Source of the DNA: Felis catus
Lineage: Eukaryota
DNA: 64,000 nucleotides
Assembly (NCBI RefSeq): GCF_018350175.1
Contig: NC_058372.1
Coordinates: forward strand, 151,528,001-151,592,000
Direction: 5' to 3'
Positions 12,721-23,800 of the stretch are shown one piece after another. The notes below the pieces were generated by a model. The model had not been told where the DNA came from. It ran no database searches and worked only from the letters and a program-made list of their open reading frames with translations. Both the position numbers and the translations under genes were made by a program. Every line of letters starts with the position of its first letter. Within the stretch, counting starts at the first letter, position 1.

Positions 12721-14015
12721 TGTTTTCAGTATTCAGTTTGTCAGCCAAGTGCATGCCGAAGTCTCTCCTCTGTACATTAGACCCAGAAACGGTAGGAAAA
12801 GACACGGCGGATGTGGGGAGAGGCCCGCCCGCCCCCAGACAAGGGGCAGGAGGAGACCCGGGAGCTCAGACTAAAGACACAGCTGGCACCCCCCTGCAGT
12901 GCAGGGGGCAGCCACACAGAGGAGGGCAGGGCAGGGCAGAGGAGCCTGAAGGGAGTGCCACAGACTCGCCAGGACACCCACAGGGGAACCAGGCCGCCAG
13001 CACCCCCAGAGCTGCCCTCACCCAGACAGAAGAGCAGTGACTGGACCAGAGAAAGCGGGGGCACGTGCCCAGAAAACCAGTGCAGGAGTGCCCGCTCGGT
13101 GGCCCAGTCCAGCCACCACCAGCCAGGCTCACCCGCATGTGGAGTCCTGGAGGAGGCCTTCACCCCTTGTCCTGAGCTGGCTTGGTACAGAAACATCTGG
13201 AAGGTGAGCTCAGAGTGGCCCACAGCACCTGCCCCCAGCTCAGCGAGCGGGCGGGGCGCCGGAGGTAAGCCGTGTGGGGAGCACGAGGCGAAGCAGTGAA
13301 AAAGAACCAAATGAAATATTGGAAATTAAGAATATAATTGCTGAAATTTAAAAACTCATTTACATTTTGAATTTTAGATTGGACATAACAGAAGTGAATA
13401 AATGAGCTCCAAAAATAGACTGAGGGATAGTGTAAACATTAAAACACATGAAAGGGAGATGAGACACATATGTTCACTCAGGCTCTTGAAGGAGAGAATG
13501 AGGAGACTACAGATAAGTCGTTATGTAAAGAAATAATTCCCGAGAATTTCCCAACTGCGAGAAAACATTAGTCCTCAGCACCTATCAAATGCTGAGCAGC
13601 AAAAATCAGCAAAACTCACCCTGCAGATGCTCCGAAGAGAAATCCAAGAACATTAATTTAAGACAGGTCCTCAAAGCTACAGAAAAAACAATTTTCGAAA
13701 AGAAGCAAAAACCAGATTATTACCGGCCTCCCTGGATGCATGAAGAAAAACGGAGTCGTATTTTCCAAGTGCTAAGGAAGAGACAGTTGGATCTAGAGTG
13801 CTGTATCTGGTCAACCTACCATCCAGGGAAGGTCAAGAAAATCCTGGGGGTCAGAGACATACTGTCCGTGGGCCCTTGTCACACGAGCCACCAGAGAACA
13901 AGAGAAAAGCGAGTCCAACGAGAGGCAGTGAAGTACTAAAAGCAGTATTAATGAATAATTAAAATGCGTTGCCTAATGGTGTATTGTCGTAAAAGACTTT
14001 TAAAATAAGTTTAAA

Positions 14016-14229
14016 ATTTTTTTTCAACGTTTTTATTTATTTTTGGGACAGAGAGAGACAGAGCATGAACGGGGGAGGGGCAGAGAGAGAGGGAGACACA
14101 GAATTGGAAACAGGCTCCAGGCTCCGAGCCATCCGCCCAGAGCCTGACACGGGGCTCGAACTCACGGACCGCGAGATCATGACCTGGCTGAAGTCGGACG
14201 CTTAACCGACTGCGCCACCCAGGCGCCCC
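14016..14229 (-). mobile_element. Young CanSINE (SINEC_Fc1-like)
   Basis: Near-consensus felid SINE. Perfect 15-bp TSD taaaataagtttaaa at 14001-14015 and 14230-14244. Confidence 0.98.
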
Positions 14230-14506
14230 TAAAATAAGTTTAAAGTAAAGTGATTTTTAAACATTTAAAACAATAATCTGAAACAAGATCTCAGACAGTG
14301 AAACAGGAAAGTGCCAGACAGGCAGGCATGGAGGGAATTAAGATTATACTAATGTTTTGATTTCTCCTGGAGGAGAATTGAGATGCCTGCTATTTTTATA
14401 CCGTTTTAGGAAGAAAAAATCTATATGTTTGTCTTAATAATATAAAGACAAAAACTAAAAAAAAAAAATAGAAATATACTGTGTCACTTTAAAAATCCGT
14501 AGAAGA

Positions 14507-14718
14507 GGGGTGACTGGGTGGCTCAGTCGGTTGAATGGCCGACTTCAGCTCAGGTCACGATCTCACGGTCTGTGAGTTCGAGCCCCGTGTTGGGCTCTGT
14601 GCTGACGGCTCAGAGCCTGGAGCCTGCTTTCGATTCTGTGTCTCCCTCTCTCTCCGCCCCTAACCCACTTGCATTCTGTCTCTCTCTCAAAAATAAATAA
14701 ACATTTAAAAAATAAATT
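14507..14718 (+). mobile_element. CanSINE (SINEC_Fc type)
   Basis: A-box head gggtggctcagtcggtt, (CT)n, aataaa and A-tail. TSD aaaa(t/c)ccgtagaaga at 14492-14506 and 14719-14733. Confidence 0.97.
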
Positions 14719-14944
14719 AAAACCCGTAGAAGAAAACAATGAAACAGAAAACCAGATCCATTTACAAAATAAAGGGAGAGGGACCAACAGTGGAAGAAAA
14801 CAATGAATTAAAAAATGGTAGACAGAAGATATATAATAAGAGGCAGAATTAAGTGCAAATCGTTCTGAGATCATAAAAACTGTGAACTGGATCAGCCAAT
14901 TAAGAAACATTCCTCATTATAACCAAGAAAATAACAATGCAGAG

Positions 14945-15095
14945 ACAGGGGACCCTGGAACAACGTGGGGGTCAGGAGTCCCTGCGTGTAACTCCTGACC
15001 CCCTGAAACTTAGCCGTTGAGAGCCTCCCGTTGACTGAAGTTGACTGGAAGCCTCAGCTGTGACGTGAACAGATGATTCATACACACTTTGTGAG
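14945..15095 (+). mobile_element. Tigger2-family DNA transposon fragment
   Basis: 'gaccctggaacaacgtgggggt...gcgtgtaactcctgac...gttgactggaagcct...aacagatgattcatacacactttgt' follows the Tigger2 left end. Confidence 0.6.
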
Positions 15096-15589
15096 CGGAG
15101 ACTGTTACCAAATGGAATCAGGGCAGCACGACTCATATCAGGCAAGATAGAATTTAAGGTGAAAAGCAGTAAAAGGTACAAACAAAAGGGAATGTTTCTG
15201 AAAGAATGGAAGAAGATGGGCCGAAAAGACGTGAAATATAAGCCTGTTGGAACACGGCATTGAAGTGCAAAAAGCAAAATCTAAATTAGTCTCTGGGAGA
15301 AGCTGACACATTCCCAGTCCCTGGAGCCGGTCCACAGGCTTCCCTCAGAAATGGAAAGAGCAACCAGAGGAAATACAAGTAAAAACGTGAGCGCTTTGAA
15401 TAACTTGATTGATCAGCTAACAAGTAATAAATAGACACATACACACATAGAAACAGAACGTGACGCCTCCAGGAAACAGACAATAAAAATCCCCCCTGAG
15501 TACACATAAAACACTTACAAAATTTAGCACACATGGGTCACAGGGGGGGTCCGGGGCAGATTTCAAACAATCCACATCATAAATGCCAT

Positions 15590-16530
15590 GTTCTCTGGCC
15601 TCCGTGCGTGGACAACAAAACAGACGTCCTCAAATGCCGCTCGTCTGGAAGCGCGGGGCCACGGACCAGGGCAGAGTCCACAGTAAACGCCCACGTGTCG
15701 TCGTCAGTGCCCGCAGAGCCCCAGAGGCCCAGGCTGGCACGAGCCGTGGGGGGCCGTCCTCAGCGTCCCGCAGGCTGGGCTCCCCGGACTCCGACCCCGA
15801 GCCAGGTTTGGGGCACAAGGTATTTATCTGAGATCAGGGTGTGTGCAGGGAGTGCGGGCTGAGCTGAGCCCAGACGGGTCCGCGGCCGCAGGGCACGCCC
15901 CCACACAGTGTCCCTGAGGCCCAACCACGCGGGCGTGACCACTCTCGCGGGGCCCCCGGGAAGAGCGTGAGGCAGGTCCTGCCACGGAGGCAAAGCCTGA
16001 AATGGCCGACAGCCGAAACCCGCTTGCTGGGCTGGGTCACCAGCGCTTCCCGAGGGCGCTGCACACCCACCGGAGGGTGAGGCGGTGGGCGTCGACCCTT
16101 CGACCGGACCCTGGAGGCCCGGGAAGGTGCGTGAGCGGGTGGCACAGGCCCCGTGGCCCTGCAGTCACCCTGACTCCTCTCTGAGCCACGCCTGTGGCCT
16201 CCTGGAAGTTCCTCCTCACCACAGAGACAGGAGGACTCGGGTCTGGGGCTTACACTCAGCTCCTCACGAGATGCCGACGCCCCGAAGGAAGGCAGCTGCG
16301 CGCCCTGGCCGACACAGAGGGTCCTGAGGGAAACCTTCCCGGGCTCGAACTTTGGGTCAGCCGGGTCGAGCTCGGGGAGAGGACAAAGAGGAGTGCGCGT
16401 GAGCTCCGCAGGCAGAAGTGGAGGAGCTGACGTGACCCTGCAGGTCGCTGGGTCGGAGGCGGAGGAGCGCGAGAGAGGTCCCCCGCTGGTTGTTCCTCTC
16501 AGGGCGCCTCGTCCTCGCACCCGCTGAGCC
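15590..16530. promoter_or_regulatory. CpG-island-like segment, partly over a probable ERVL-class LTR remnant (from about 15770)
   Basis: High CpG density, including gcggccgc and cgcg sites. 'ggctgggctcccc...gaccccgagccaggtttggggcacaaggtatttat' resembles ERVL LTR ends. Confidence 0.4.
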
Positions 16531-16964
16531 CAAGCCCACCACCAGACACCTGGCCTCCCCTCAGACCTCCCTGGACACCTTCTGCCCAGCACTGGCCACG
16601 CTCCATTTCGCCGGCTGAGGGCAGTGACCCCTGAGCCCCGCCTGCCCTCCTGGACTTCATTCCTCAGCAGTCCCACGGTTCCGGCAATGAACGCCCCATC
16701 CAGTAACCCCAGTCAGTGGGGCTGCTCCTCTCACGGAGCCTTGGCTGAGACACCAACGGGTGTCATGGTTTCCTAGATCCGACAACACTGTCCAGGTGCC
16801 AGGTACTCAGAACAGAGCCAGATGATGCATCTCCCCGTAAGGACTTGTTGTTTATTATGTTCGTAGTCCAGACAATCTGCCACCATCTTTTTACCAAAAA
16901 CTCCTTTCGATATTACGATAATTGTCTCCATGTTACCGTTGCCATATCTTTAAAACAGTTACTC

Positions 16965-17570
16965 AGGTACCAAGTATTGGTGGGGGTGTTGAGAGACTGA
17001 AAGCCCCATTCACCACTGTGGGAGTGTAAATCCGCACAACACTTTGGAACTGCGTGCCAGTGCCCACAAAAACTGAACATGTCGCAGGTGCCACCTCGTG
17101 ACCCGGCAATTCCACCTCAAGGTGTAAGGGCTCCTTCTGTTCACCAAACAGCGTGCACGGGAATGTTCGTAGGAAGGCCATTTGAAAAGCCCCGCACCGG
17201 AAACCACACAGATGCTCATCATCGTCAGTAGAAGGGTAATTTGTGGCGTATCTTGAGCAGTAAGAACACACAACAGCATGTGCCAACAAGCATAAATCCC
17301 ACAAACGTAATGATGAGGAAAAGAAACCAGACACACAAAATAAATACTGTCTGGCTCCAATCATGTAAAGCTCAAAATCAGAAAAAAAAAAAAAACTAAT
17401 CTAAAAGCAAGAGATCAGACTATTCAACGTTGAGGGGGAGGACATAATGAAAAGCCACAGAAAGGATAGTCTCCTGGAAACCAGGTGCTGGTGCCCCTGG
17501 TATGCTCGTTGGTAGAACTGCATAGAGCCATGCACATAAAATTTGTATACTTTGCTCTTTAAAAACAAAA
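16965..17570 (+). mobile_element. Ancient L1 (L1MC/ME-type) 3' end
   Basis: 'accaagtattgg', 'gggagtgtaaat', 'gacccggcaattccac', 'gaaaagaaaccagacacacaaaataaatactgt' and 'aaatttgtatacttt' are typical L1M 3' motifs. Confidence 0.8.
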
Positions 17571-17776
17571 CTTTAGTTTTTCTTAAACTTGTTCCACCTT
17601 CTTTATCCTTATTTCATTTTATTTCTATATTTCTCTTCATACTCTAAAAATGTACGGGTTACATGTGCCTTCTTATCCCTCTTACAGTGTTCAGTCATAC
17701 AGGCAAGCCCCTCTGTGCAGTTCTCTTTGTACTTCTTAGGCCAGAGGACACTATTCTCAGGGTCTTCATAGAGATC

Positions 17777-18587
17777 NNNNNNNNNNNNNNNNNNNNNNNN
17801 NNNNNNNNNNNNNNNNNNNNNNNNNNNNNNNNNNNNNNNNNNNNNNNNNNNNNNNNNNNNNNNNNNNNNNNNNNNNNNNNNNNNNNNNNNNNNNNNNNNN
17901 NNNNNNNNNNNNNNNNNNNNNNNNNNNNNNNNNNNNNNNNNNNNNNNNNNNNNNNNNNNNNNNNNNNNNNNNNNNNNNNNNNNNNNNNNNNNNNNNNNNN
18001 NNNNNNNNNNNNNNNNNNNNNNNNNNNNNNNNNNNNNNNNNNNNNNNNNNNNNNNNNNNNNNNNNNNNNNNNNNNNNNNNNNNNNNNNNNNNNNNNNNNN
18101 NNNNNNNNNNNNNNNNNNNNNNNNNNNNNNNNNNNNNNNNNNNNNNNNNNNNNNNNNNNNNNNNNNNNNNNNNNNNNNNNNNNNNNNNNNNNNNNNNNNN
18201 NNNNNNNNNNNNNNNNNNNNNNNNNNNNNNNNNNNNNNNNNNNNNNNNNNNNNNNNNNNNNNNNNNNNNNNNNNNNNNNNNNNNNNNNNNNNNNNNNNNN
18301 NNNNNNNNNNNNNNNNNNNNNNNNNNNNNNNNNNNNNNNNNNNNNNNNNNNNNNNNNNNNNNNNNNNNNNNNNNNNNNNNNNNNNNNNNNNNNNNNNNNN
18401 NNNNNNNNNNNNNNNNNNNNNNNNNNNNNNNNNNNNNNNNNNNNNNNNNNNNNNNNNNNNNNNNNNNNNNNNNNNNNNNNNNNNNNNNNNNNNNNNNNNN
18501 NNNNNNNNNNNNNNNNNNNNNNNNNNNNNNNNNNNNNNNNNNNNNNNNNNNNNNNNNNNNNNNNNNNNNNNNNNNNNNNNNNNNNNN
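17777..18587. other. Assembly gap (811 N)
   Basis: Run of N. Confidence 1.
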
Positions 18588-19457
18588 TGTGACAAAACAA
18601 ATGGATGATATTAATGTTTGAATTATTAGATGAAAGGTATAATTAAAATCCTATATAGTGGTATTTTATGTCATGTTTCCAGTCCCAGCTAGATTTCTAA
18701 ATTATAACTCATATAAGTGATGCACAATAAGTTATGGTACTCTTTTGGAAACTAAAGCACACTCTTCCTACTACCAACCACTTTTATTCCTGAGCAGCTA
18801 CCAAAGATTGGAAAGGATTTCCGATGGTGCAGCACCTTTTATTGTCCTCTTTTTGTAAGTACATGAGAAACCTTCCCTGGGAATGTCTCTGTCAAATACA
18901 GACAAACATATATCCATTTCAATAGCCGAGGAACGTCTCCCTCATTTCCATTTCCCACTGGGTTCCAGAGAACAAGAAAAGAAAGGAGAGGACAAGACCA
19001 GAGTGACAGCCCCAGGAGCCACACTTCTGCCAGCACATCCTGAGCCAGAGCAACGGGCGTCATGTGCGACTGGGCTCATGTACGTGGGGAAGAAGGGCAG
19101 GTCTTGACTGCGGTTAAGCACAGAGGAGAATGATCAGAGCCAGACACAAGGCCACGGCTGCAGAGACAGCCTGCTGCCACGTGAAGGGTCGCCGATTCCA
19201 GGACTAGCGGTGGAACCTGCCACCACCTCCCTGACAAGCTGTGAGTCTGTGTGGGTCTGGGTGAACTTTTTAGCATTTAGTGTTTGTTTTTCTCTGTGAC
19301 AGAGGTAAAACCAAAAGCCAGAGCATGTGGCAAACAGGAAGAGACTTACACTCATTTGCAGAACTTATTGCAGCTGGGAAGTGGATAAGTTACCTGTCTT
19401 TTTTAGGTATTTGTCTTCACATATTAATCAATAAAAGTCAAATAACTAATAACTTTT

Positions 19458-19660
19458 GGGACGCTTGGGTGGCTTAGTCGGTGAAGTGTCTGACTTGATT
19501 TCAGCTCAGGTCATGATCTCACGGTTTGTGAGTTCAAGCCCCACATTGGGCTCTGTGCTGACAGCACAGAGCCTGCTTGGGATTCTCTCTCTCCCTCTCT
19601 CTCTGCTCTTTCCTGACTCGCACTCTCTTTCTCTCCAAAATAAATAAATAAACTTAAAAA
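19458..19660 (+). mobile_element. CanSINE, older subfamily
   Basis: Head gggtggcttagtcggt, 'gagcctgcttgggattctctc' and aaataaataaataaac tail. Degenerate TSD aaataac(t)aataac. Confidence 0.95.
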
Positions 19661-19771
19661 AAATAACAATAACCTTTTCTCCAATACTCATGGAGTAACT
19701 AAGGGATGTTTGTGATGTATCTGTAAATTGTCAGAAGTTTAGGAAATATAATTAAAATTACTCAGCTTGCA

Positions 19772-19993
19772 GGGGCGCCTGGGTGGCGCAGTCGGTTGAG
19801 CGTCCGACTTCAGCCAGGTCACGATCTCGCGGTCCGGGAGTTCGAGCCCCGCGTCGGGCTCTGGGCTGATGGCTCAGAGCCTGGAGCCTGTTTCCGATTC
19901 TGTGTCTCCCTCTCTCTCTGCCCCTCCTCCGTTCATGCTCTGTCTCTCTCTGTCCCAAAAATAAATAAACGTTGAGGGAAAAATTAAAAAAAA
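19772..19993 (+). mobile_element. Young CanSINE (SINEC_Fc1-like)
   Basis: CpG-intact, near-consensus copy. 18-bp TSD aaaatt(a/g)ctcagcttgca at 19754-19771 and 19994-20011. Confidence 0.98.
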
Positions 19994-20045
19994 AAAATTG
20001 CTCAGCTTGCAGAAAATAAAGGGGAATATGTGTATCTCCCTTTTA

Positions 20046-20252
20046 CTGTTTAAAGTTTATTTATTTTGAGAGAGTGTGAGAGTGTGTATGTGCGTGCACA
20101 AGAGGCGTATGGTCAGAAAGAGAGAAGCCCAAGCAGGCTCTGCATCAGCAGTGTGGAGTCAGATGTAGGGCTCAATCCCACATCCCTGGGATCATGACCT
20201 GAGCCGAAACCAAAAGTCGGATGCTTAACAGACTGATCCATGCAGGCACCCC
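20046..20252 (-). mobile_element. CanSINE, older subfamily
   Basis: Reverse head ...gactgatccatgcaggcacccc. Imperfect TSD atgtgta...ccctttta at 20028-20045 and 20253-20270. Confidence 0.95.
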
Positions 20253-20647
20253 ATGTGTACCACCCTTTTAAAGGAGACATCAGTCTTTGAGCACCTCTTC
20301 CAGGAAGCCTTTGCTGATTTTCATTCCTTCCTCGCTGCAGGCTGAGTTCACACTCCTTTCCCACCTTCAGAAATCACACTGAATTACACATGTTTCCGTC
20401 CATGTGCTCACTGGCCAAACGAGGCCATCTCAGTATCTCCAGCATTTGGCCTCGTGCTACAACAGGTGCTTAGTAAGTATTGGCAGAATTGAGGACTGTT
20501 TTCTAGAAAATGTTGCATTTTTAACACCCTTCTCTGTGCTTTTCTTTTCCATAAAACAAATTACATCAGTGATTTTCTGTCCCCAGAAACACCAATCCAC
20601 CTGTGTAGAATTCAGATGTCTCCATAAAGTGTAAAGAACCTTGTTAT

Positions 20648-20839
20648 GGGGTGCCTGGGTGGCTCAATCAGTTGAGCATCCAACTCTTGATTTTGGCTCA
20701 GGTCATGATCCCAGGGTCGTGGGATCAAGCCCCAAGTCAGGCTCCGCACCGAGCGTGAAGCCTGCTTAAGATTCTCTCTCCCTCTGCCTCTCCCCTACTC
20801 ACATTCCTTCTCTCTCTCTCTCTGTCTCAACAAATAAAG
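20648..20839 (+). mobile_element. CanSINE, older subfamily
   Basis: ggggtgcctgggtggctcaatcagttgagc head, (CT)n and aaataaa. Confidence 0.95.
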
Positions 20840-23800
20840 AGTCACCTGTAGGCGGGACTTAGCCACTAGGGTCAGTGGGACCTATCGTTCTTCTCCCAGG
20901 TGGATGTCTTCACTTGCCTTGTAGACCACTTCTCCTGCTCTGTTCCTCTTACTATCCTGTTAATGCACTGGTTCCAAGAAGCCTGGAACTACTACTACTG
21001 ACTGAACCTCATCCATCCCAGACCTTTATGTGCCATTCTTGTTTCCTTGAGAAAACGACAGCAGCAACCCAAGCTTCTAGAGAGACAAGAAGAACTTGGG
21101 GAAGCACTGAGCCAGGAGTCCAAGAGCTGACTGCCAACTCTCATGTTGTTGTCAGACCACAGGCGTGGTCTTGTCAGCACAGGGGCTTCTCTAGGACTCA
21201 GCACATAGGAGCACTTGCCGTGGAGATGGGCCACATCGCACACCAAAGACACTTCCAAGGTTGTACTTACTCCTCACAAGAGACCACAGCACGCCATGAC
21301 ACATCTGGACCATTGGAGTGAGCTTTCCAAGGCCTTTGGAGCATACGCTGACTGCTCAGAACTCCAAGGCCAGGAGCCCAAATTAAGCCTACTCAGTTTG
21401 GGGAGTAGAAACAGAAAGGGATACATGTGAGGGGTGGAGCATCATTCTGGGTTCACACACTGAAAGGTATGACACTTGCCATTTATAACAAATCATGGCA
21501 ATGGGGCTATGTTGCTCCAAAGTATCTAACAGAAGGTAGTCAACCAAATGGCCCTGTGTCCTATGGCATGTGGTGGATATAGGCCTCATCACGGGAACAG
21601 GAGAGGGTAAGGAGGTGGGGCTTTACTTGACTCCTCCCTTCCAAGTAGAATATTTGAGGACAGCTCCTTGGCGTCTGTCTCGAGTATCTAGGTCTCTAAC
21701 AGGACCCCCACAAAGAAGGGCCTCCCCCTGACGAGCACATCCCCAGGAGAGCAAGTGGCTGCTTCTTCTATGAGCCTTCCCTGATCTTGACAATAAGGAA
21801 ACATGTCCCCCAAATCCCATTCTGCTCTCTGCACCCCTCTCCGCATTCTGTCTTTGTTGTCTGTGTCTTATGTCCTTGGCCACAAGCAACCTGAGCCGAG
21901 GATTGGACGTGGTCTACCTTTACATTCCCTCCACACAGCCTTGACCATGGTAGATGTTTAACGAGTAAGTGCAGGGGGAGTGGATGGGTGGAGATCTAGT
22001 ATGTGACCTTTATGTTAGGATCAACGCACAATGACCCTAATTTCAAATCCTTTCACTGTGAAGGTCCCTCATGGGGGCACAGCCCGCCAGGATCCCTGAC
22101 AGTGTTTCATATCCTCATATAATAAACGGCACGCTATCTTGGTTCACACGGATGATGTTGTCTCTGGTCCAGTCAGTAAGTATAGTCCTCCTGGGAGATG
22201 TGCTGAGCAGATGCTGGTTGACTCTCACTCTCTGGTTGTAAGTCGTAACACCTATCCTCAAAGCAGGCAGTGGAGATCACGGGAGCACAGGCCGCAGGCT
22301 TCATAGCTTTGCAACCTGGTCCCTGTAGCTCCCACAATGCACTGACGAGCTGTGCCACACCCCGCAACCTGTGTCTTACTGCTTCCTACACGGGTCCTCA
22401 ACGACCTCAGTCCCTATCAGTGTCCCTGGCCTTCCCCACAGGATCAGGCTCTACCACACACTCCACCCATCCGTGCCCCCTCTTTGTAGACACCCATCCT
22501 CTCTCCCTGCCCTCTCTGTCCCGTATCCGTAAGAGCCCCTCCCTGCTATCCTAAACGCATCCTTCTTTCAGAACCCGGCATAGCTGGGTTTGGCTCCGGA
22601 TGTGGCATCGTGTGGAGATGTTTGGGGTCTGGTGCTGAGGCCTCGTCTTGACCCTGGCCATCGTCACCGGGTGCCACCCTCCCTGCCTCCCGTGGCGTCA
22701 CTAACCTGTATCACTCCTGGAGGAGGCTGGAGCATGGTCTCTGCTACCCCCTCCCCTACCTTCCAAGGATGTGGGGCGACAGCTTCCCTCACAGAAATCC
22801 TCAGGGGAAGTTGGCTTGTGGCTGCTCAGATGTGCCGACCCAGCTCCCACGAGGAGAGGCCGCCTCCGTGTAGCCGGGGACACGGGGGCCCCGTGCGTGG
22901 CAGGAGCCCTGGCTCCCGCCCTGGCAGCCTCCGCCCGGCCACACCTCTGGGACAGGCTGTTTCTGAACTATTCCTGTGGCCACAAGCAGAGTCGAGCTCA
23001 GTGTCTGGGCAGAGACTTCCCTCCCCACGCACCCACACGTGTGTGTACACGAACCGCTCCACCCTGCAGAGCCGGGAGGGCGGGACACGCCGAGTCCCGG
23101 CCAGCTCGGGACGCCCTCGTCCACCGTGGTCACACCGCCCTGAGGGGCTGGGAGCACAGGTGGTGGGCTCCTCAGGTGCGCCCCGGGGCAGAGAGGAGGG
23201 GGCCCAGCTGCCGTGCAGCTGCACGGGGCAAGGACGTCGTGGGCAGGAGGGTTTCCAGGTGCAGGACGAGCCACAAAAGGCTGGGCCTGCCCGGACGACA
23301 GCCTGCGGTGTGATTCCCTCGGGACCTCGAGCTGAACCCCAACCACATGCCGAAATGTGAAAGGCCAGGCATTATCCGCTAAGCCGCCCGGCCTACTGGA
23401 AAATCTCTCCTGCGTTAATGCTGAGGAAAAACAAGCCAGCTTGCTCTGGGAGCCCGGCCAGCACCACACGCCCCGCGTGCCCCGGAGCAGGCGGGGTGGC
23501 GGCCACCCCCGGCAGGCACTTTCAGGCGGGTGGCTGCACTTACCACAGAGGCCGGGTGCGCGGGCTGCGGGTGATCTGAGCTCCTCCGACCAGCACACAC
23601 CCCCTGCATACCCGCACAGGTCACAGTAAGACCTGTGGCAGGGAAACGCCACCATTTCTCCCCAGCCTGGCTGCCTCACCCGCAGCCCAGCCCCGAGAGC
23701 AAGTCAGGAACTCTGGCTGCGTCCCTGGCCTCTGTGAGCAAAGGCTCCGGCCGGTTTTCCGCTCAATTCTGGCATGTTTGTGTAGACGCCGTGTCCCTGC

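Larger units (their letters stand above)
13295..15600 (+). mobile_element. Ancient L1M fragment (ORF1 remnant into ORF2 endonuclease remnant), interrupted by two SINEs and a Tigger
   Basis: ORF1-like 'aaagaaccaaatgaaatattggaaattaagaatataattgctgaaatttaaaaactc' and 'gagaatttcccaa'. Endonuclease-like 'atatcaggcaagatagaatttaaggtgaaaag' (ISDKIDFK-like). Confidence 0.8.

Noticed and set aside
17609-18600. 300+ aa ORFs
   Set aside because: Artefacts of the N-run.
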